A DNA stretch of 64,000 nt from Eledone cirrhosa (lineage: Eukaryota), in NCBI GenBank assembly GCA_964016885.1, contig OZ024743.1, positions 336,288,001 through 336,352,000 of the forward strand, in the 5' to 3' direction. The notes below the pieces were generated by a model. The model made no database searches, had not been told where the DNA came from, and saw only the letters and a program-made list of their open reading frames with translations. The stretch's first letter is position 1; each line of letters opens with the position of its first letter. Below, piece by piece: positions 58,162 through 64,000 of this stretch. The position numbers and the translations under genes are program-made.

Positions 58162-59511
58162 ATGGCGGAACAACAAACAGCGGAGCTAATAAAGTTGTTT
58201 AGAGAACAGATGGAACAACAGAGTTTATTGGTGTCGCAACAAATGCAACAACACAAGAAAGATATGGACACTCTGATAAAACTGTTTGGTGCTCGAGATT
58301 CTGAACAACAGAGTTTACTGGCGTCGCCAGTTGCTTCGACACCAACAGCATTCATCCCACGATTTGCTGCTTTTGATTCAACAACAGAACTATGGCCTGA
58401 TTACTGGTCAAGATTCTGCACGTTTGTGCCTGCTAACGCTGTACCCGAGCAACGCATGGCACAAGTGTTCCTGACTAATCAGACGGCTGCTATCTACAAA
58501 CAACTTGCAAATCTGGCTGCTCAACAAAATCCGCCTAAGGATATCAACAAGTTGACAATGGACGAAATTGTTGACTTCATGAAAGAACAGTTCGACCCAA
58601 AACTTTTCATTGTGAGAGAACGTTTCAAGTTCTGGAGTGACATGCAACGGAAGCCAGGCGAAACTCTCCAGGAGCTGGCAGCACGTATACGTCAGGATGC
58701 AGCTACCTGTGATTTTCCTTCGATCACAAATCCACAAGATGAAGCTCTAAGACAGAGATTTATATGTTCTGTCAATAATGAAGCTGTGTTGAAGGCTATT
58801 TTCAAGGATACAGAACTAGATTTCGCTCGTGCTGTCCAAGTTGCCATCGGGACCGAAGACGCAGCAAAGGTTGCCAAGGAAACTGTTTACGGTTCCAAAA
58901 CCAAGCAAGTCTACAAGGTCGAGCAGAACAAGAACAAGGGTCCTCGAAAGAATCATCAGCAGTCTTAATCCACAGACCAGGAGATGTGCTACCGATGTGG
59001 AAAGGCCCATAAAGCAACAGACTGCCCCTTCAAAGAAGCCAAATGTCATTTTTGTGACAAAAAGGGATATTTGCAAGCGGTGTGTAGAAAGAAACAACAT
59101 CAGCAACGTAATCATCGCTCACAGAATTACGTGAAAAGAATCACGACAGCTGAGCTAGTCAAAGCGATCCTTGGTGAAGTTCCCCACGATACTCATAGTT
59201 TGAATGTGCCAATAACAATCCAGAACAGACTTTTCACAATGGAATTGGACACAGCTACTACAGGCAATTTTGTTTCCTTGTCAGTTTGGAAACAATTAGG
59301 AAAACCGAAGCTGCAATATGTCAAACATCGGTTTGAATCTGCCAGCAAGCACGACCTGCCCGTTCTGGGAACTTTCATGGGCCAAACCAAGGATCCAACG
59401 ACCAGTAAACGGAATTCAATACCCTACATCGTCACCAAGATCCCTGATCTTAATTTGCTGGGACGAAACGCTATCCAGACTCTGGGAATTTTCGTGGACA
59501 ATGCTCTATGA
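58162..59511 (+). pseudogene. gag: Gag with zinc knuckles and aspartic protease segment
   Basis: ATG at 58162; FIVRERFKF..QRKPGETLQELAARIR Gag-like block; knuckles at 58987-59085; protease motif; internal TAA at 58966. Confidence 0.88.
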
Positions 59512-60666
59512 TTGAAAAGCATAGACAGCCAGGCCAAGAGTGAGGGTGCAGAAGTGATGCATCCAAAGACCTCAAATGAGCCCTATATTTCCATGCAACG
59601 AGATTGTCACAACATGTGTGATGAATTCTCAGATCTCTTCAAGCAAGAATTGGGATGTCTTAATGACTTCGAACTGGAAGTGAAGCTAAAGTCGGACGCG
59701 ACACCGGTCTTTCACAAGGCACGCCCGGTCCCGTTTGCTCTTCGTGATGACCTGGCCAAAGGTTATGAAGAAGGCATCGCCAAAGGAATCTGGAAGCCAG
59801 TACAGTTCAACGAATACGGAACGCCAGTGGTACCGATTCGTAAAGCACATACTTCAGGCAACCTGAAGCCCAAACTACGGATTTGTGGTGACTACTCTGT
59901 GGGAATTAATGACCAGCTTGCAGATCATCGTCATCCAATGCCACTCCCAGAGGAACTGATGCAGAAGCTCGGAGGTCGATTCGGATACACAAAGATTGAT
60001 CTTGCTGATGCCTATAATCAGATCAAGCTGGCTCCAGAAAGTCAACGCAGGCTTGCGCTCAGCACTCACCGTGGGGTGCTCCTGCAGGAACGACTCCCTT
60101 TCGGAATCAAGTCAGCACCTGGTTACTTTCAGGAGATCATGGAAAACCTGACTCAAGATCTACTTGGTGTTGCCGTCTTCCAGGACGACATGCTCGTCAG
60201 TGGGAAAGATGCAAACGATCACCTGAACAACCTAAAGTGTCTGCTCACACGTCTGTGCGACAAAGGACTCAGATGTCGCCGTGACAAGTGCCAGTTTGCA
60301 CTACCCAGTGTGGAATACCTTGGACACACCTTGTCGGCTGAAGGGATCGCGAAGGGATCCAAGGTCGAAGCAGTTTTAAAGATGCCACCTCCAACGAACG
60401 TCTCAAGCTTGAAGTCTTTCCTGGGTTCAGTTCAGTTCTATGGAAAGTTTATCCCAAACCTGGCCAGCATGGCAGAGCCACTCTATTGCCTTACGAAAAA
60501 AACGACTACTTGGAAGTGGGGAGATGAAGAACAGTCAGCTTTCGATCAGTTGAAAAATGTGCTTTCATCGGATCGAGTTCTGATACACTTCGATCCAAAC
60601 AAAACTTTGGGACTGGCTTGCGACGCGTCAAACGTTGGTATTGGAGCAGTCCTGTTTCATCGCTAG
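59512..60666 (+). pseudogene. pol: Reverse transcriptase and N-terminal RNase H segment
   Basis: Gypsy RT motifs, catalytic FQDD at 60178-60189. Ends at a TAG within HR*PDGSERPI, where Tyr is expected. Confidence 0.93.
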
Positions 60667-62409
60667 CCTGATGGAAGCGAGCGCCCAATATCCAATGTGT
60701 CCAAGACTCTTACTTCTGCACAGCGTAACTACGGCCAAATTCAAAAGGAAGCCATCATATTTGGCTTGCAGAAGTTCTATCAGTATCTGTACGGACATCA
60801 GTTTATACTCGTAACTGACCACAAGCCACTGACATCACTGTTCAGTCCGAGGAAAGGGACGCCACTTCTCGCTGCTAACCGACTAGCACGGTGGGCCCTG
60901 TGGCTGAACCAGTTTGACTACACCATCGAATATCGGAAAACAGCGGATCATGGCAATGCAGATGCCCTCAGTCGCTTGCCATTTGGTAATGACATCGACT
61001 TTGACAGGAAGGAAAATGGTGAAGACATGGACATGGTGTGTGCCATCAAAGCTCTCAGTCTTCAAGTCCAACCTATCGATGCTAACGTCCTCCGTCAAGA
61101 GTCAGGGAAAGATCTAGTGATATCTCCAGTGATACGCTACGTCCGTGAAGGCTGGCCACCAAAGAATACTGAGATCAATGACGAAGTCAATAAGTTCCGA
61201 AAGTTATCGGATTCACTCAGTATCTGCCACGGATGCCTTATCCATGGATCGAGAGTTGTGATTCCACATAGCTTACAGCCAAAGATCCTCAATCTTCTGC
61301 ATCTCGGACACTTTGGCATGGAGCGCATGAAACAATTGGCAAGAACTGCTGTTTATTGGCCTGGTATCGATGCTGCTATAGAGAAAACCAGTCGACAATG
61401 TGATTCGTGTGGTGAGCATCAAAACCAGCCATCCAAGTCTCCAGTTCACCCATGGATGTTACCTGAAAAGCTGTGGAGCCGCTTACACCTGGACCACGCA
61501 ATAAATTTCATGGGCAGTAATTGGTTGGTGATCACGGATGCTTATTCCAAGTATCCATGCATTCATCCTACGTCATCCACGTCCTCCAGAGCCACTTTAG
61601 ATCTGCTTGAAGAAGACTTTGCGCACTTCGGATTTCCTCACACGCTAGTCACCGATAACGCACCAACTTTTATTTCTGAGGAGTTCCAGAGCTGGTGCAA
61701 AGAACGTGGGATCACGCACCTGACAGGGGCACCTTACCACACAGCTACCAACGGAGCAGCGGAACGTTTGGTGCAGACCTTCAAACAAGCTCTGAGGAAG
61801 ACTTCTCTTCCGCCGAAGCGAGCACTTCAAGAGTTCTTGATGCAGTACCGGAGAACACCGACATCCAGTGGATTCTCTCCGAGTGAACTTTTGGATCACC
61901 GGCAGATACGGACAAGGATTGATTCTCTGCTGCCCTCGCCAGCACACATCGCTCAAGGCAAGCAGTCTAAGGAAGCATATAAGTCTCAGATGACTCCGGA
62001 CTCGGCAGGTGTCGCTAAGGTTACCAGGCAGTACAAGGCTGGAGATCCTGTGTATGCACTGTACTACGGACCTCGCCGAGACAAAGATCCCCGATGGGTA
62101 CCAGCAATCATTAAGTCATTGGGTACTCGCTGCTTCAACGTTAAGGTCATACCTCATGGCCCGGTGTGGAGACGACACTGGGAACAGCTGCAACCGCGGT
62201 ACACTACTGAGGAAGGCAATGAACCTGGTGATGCAGTAGACACTGTTTTTGAATTTGCAACAGATCACCCGATGGAGATCTCGGAAATCGTGCCACTATC
62301 TACAAGACAGACCAGACCCAAGACCTTATTGCCCGTTCCAGAGTATGGACAAGACAATCAAAGACGGTCCAAGAGAACTCGTAAACCCCCAGAGAGACTT
62401 TGCTGTTGA
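60667..62409 (+). pseudogene. pol: RNase H C-terminal part and integrase segment
   Basis: TDHKPL, NADALSRLP, LHLGH...YWPGID...CDSC, RLHLD, LVTDNAPTF, TNGAAERLV. Confidence 0.93.
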
Positions 62410-62433
62410 TGCTTCTTTTGTCGCATCAATTTC

Positions 62434-62443
62434 GGTGGGGAGG
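62434..62443 (+). promoter_or_regulatory. Polypurine tract
   Basis: GGTGGGGAGG immediately before the TG of the 3' LTR. Confidence 0.85.
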
Positions 62444-62720
62444 TGTTGTATGAACTGGGAATCGAACTCACAACCTCATTGTTGTATGGACTGTTGAATT
62501 CGTTTTATTCAATTTACACGTGCTCACACATTTGCATATGATTCACGTGACCTGGGCAGTCAGTCAGCGTTGGTATTAAAAACTCGGTCACAGACTGCTT
62601 GACTTACTTTATGTTATTCTGCTACCGTGAGGAGGGGCGCTTTGGTTGTTTCGTACAATACACAAATTATTTGATATAACTCGTTGTCTTTTCTCTGCGA
62701 GTACCGAGAGGAATACAACA
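62444..62720 (+). repeat. 3' LTR (277 bp)
   Basis: Direct repeat of 57756-58032. Confidence 0.96.
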
Positions 62721-63199
62721 GAGTTTGATAGTAGATGTTGTATCTGTTTTCAGTCGTCAGAATGAATAAAAAAAAACATGGTGTTTTTATTAAATATGGA
62801 TTTGAAAACAAAATTTAAGAAATATGAAAGTGAAGCTGAGGAAAAAACGGGCGAAGAAGAAGAGGGGAAAAAGAATATAAAAAAAAATATATATATAAAC
62901 AATAAATATCCAGAGCATAAACATACACACACTCAATCACGCGCACATACTTAAAAAGTACGTAGACGTATACTTTTTCACATAAGCGTATATGCGTCTA
63001 CAGACAAGGACATAAATACATACACATACATATACATGAAGTAAGAATAAATAAATAAATGAATAAGAACAAAATATACAAAGTCAAAAACAAAAACAAA
63101 ATAAAATAAAGACAAAAGGATACGTGTTGACAACGATAAGTTTGAGTGTGTGGGGAGAGGGAGAGAATAAAAACAACTTAAAAATAAACAAATACACGA

Positions 63200-63410
63200 G
63201 ATGTGCATATACATAAATATATATATATGAAAATATATATATATATATATATACACACATACATACATACACACGCACACACACATAAACATGCATAAAT
63301 ACTCATACACACGTATAAAAACACATACACATATGTATATGTATATATACATATATATACACATACATATGTGTATGTGTTTTGTGTATGTGTATATATA
63401 TATATATGAT
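63200..63410. repeat. Degenerate TA/CA/TG low-complexity tract
   Basis: Mixed dinucleotide runs read directly. Confidence 0.85.
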
Positions 63411-63716
63411 CGAATTCAACCGTGACCATACCCACTGAAAGTTTCGTGAAATAGTCTTTTCAAGACTATACAGAGCATTTGTAGTTTTTTCCAAATTGAA
63501 GGATGAGTATTTTAAACTTTATTTTATCATGAGTTAAGGCTCTATTGGTTTTTCCCTAGATTTCACTAAATTCTGTTGGATGAATCTATATCCTGATTCT
63601 TTTTGAATTAAGTTTGAATTATTTTTCGTTAACTATTTTCCCATTTTGACGCTATAGTCACTTATATATTATGAAATACTGTGTGCTTCTTGTTCATAAT
63701 AATTTCTATACTTTTC

Positions 63717-63719
<3 letters not shown>

Positions 63720-63765
<46 letters not shown>

Positions 63766-63915
63766 AAAATATAAAATAAACATACGTACACATCCACATA
63801 CGCATGCGTGCAAAAATACATATACACATACACATACACATACACACGCATACACACGTATATATAAACATGCATACAACCAAATATACAAACACATCCA
63901 CATACATACACATAA
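63720..63915. repeat. (TA)n followed by degenerate (CA/CATA)n
   Basis: Runs read directly. Confidence 0.9.
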
Positions 63916-63917
63916 AA

Positions 63918-63998
63918 CTCTACGGTGAAGAGTGCATCGTCTCCGTACAGTCCGCCACCCAGGTTGAGTATTTCGCTCCTGATCTCGTAGAGTATGTA
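63918..63998 (-). pseudogene. Possible Penelope-like reverse transcriptase fragment, cut by the window end
   Basis: Minus-strand translation YILYEIRSEILNLGGGLYGDDALFTVE resembles the GLYRDD catalytic motif of Penelope-like RTs. Only 27 codons are visible. Confidence 0.45.
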
Positions 63999-64000
63999 TA

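Larger units (their letters stand above)
58162..62409 (+). pseudogene. gag-pol: gag-pol polyprotein, one frame interrupted by three nonsense codons
   Basis: The four track ORFs are in one frame, split by TAA 58966, TGA 59509 and TAG 60664. Motifs: knuckles CYRCGKAHKATDC/CHFCDKKGYLQAVC, protease ELDTAT...LLGRN, RT LRICGDYS/KIDLADAYNQ/RLPFGIKSAP/FQDD/YLGH, RNase H LACDASNVGIGAVL/LVTDHKPL, integrase HHCC and D,D,E. Confidence 0.95.
57756..62720 (+). mobile_element. Full-length, inactivated Ty3/Gypsy LTR retrotransposon (Mag-like clade)
   Basis: Two 277-bp LTRs with TGTTGTAT...ATACAACA ends, PBS, PPT, and domain order Gag-PR-RT-RNaseH-IN. The single reading frame and CX2CX3HX4C first knuckle fit Mag-like elements. 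Confidence 0.97.

Noticed and set aside
58960-60670. Programmed frameshift or readthrough between gag and pol ORFs
   Set aside because: All segments share one frame and there are three different stops, one inside the conserved RNase H block, which indicates nonsense decay.
62406-62429. TTGATGC...GCATCAA hairpin before the PPT
   Set aside because: A 7-bp stem only; no function can be supported from one copy.
58152-62497. Short antisense and alternate-frame ORFs within the retrotransposon, including a possible env
   Set aside because: All are short, have no recognisable motifs, and there is no room for env between integrase and the PPT.
62962-63001. Inverted repeat GTAGACGTATAC...GTATATGCGTCTAC
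   Set aside because: A real imperfect hairpin, but isolated, with no ribozyme core or element boundaries to assign it.
63430-63476. CTGAAAG...GAAATAGTC-TTTTCAA-GACTATA hammerhead look-alike
   Set aside because: Core is not CUGANGA and stems I and II cannot form.

Overview
Eukaryotic, repeat-dominated window with no recognisable host gene. Bases 1-50540 are one ~50.5 kb tandem array (open at the left edge) of a 40-bp, 87.5% pyrimidine monomer, TTCCAGTCTGTCTCCTTCCCTCTTTCTCTCTGTCTCTATC. It has nested multi-kb higher-order duplications and a degenerate right edge; all long Ser/Leu ORFs there are artefacts. Bases 50.5-57.7 kb are AT-rich DNA with (CA)n/(TA)n microsatellites, tRNA-SINE fragments, Helentron/DINE-like non-autonomous elements and three hammerhead-ribozyme-like cores of the Penelope type. 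Bases 57756-62720 are a full-length but inactivated Ty3/Gypsy (Mag-like) LTR retrotransposon with 277-bp LTRs and a single gag-pol frame carrying three stops. It has several oddities: no target-site duplication, an apparently unprocessed right end, insertion between ~33-bp inverted repeats, a tandemly amplified PBS, and LTR-PBS junction copies inside gag. The repeat mix resembles an octopus/cephalopod genome (inference from memory, unchecked). I see no firm evidence for a new biological system; the retroelement junction features and the ribozyme cluster are the best leads.
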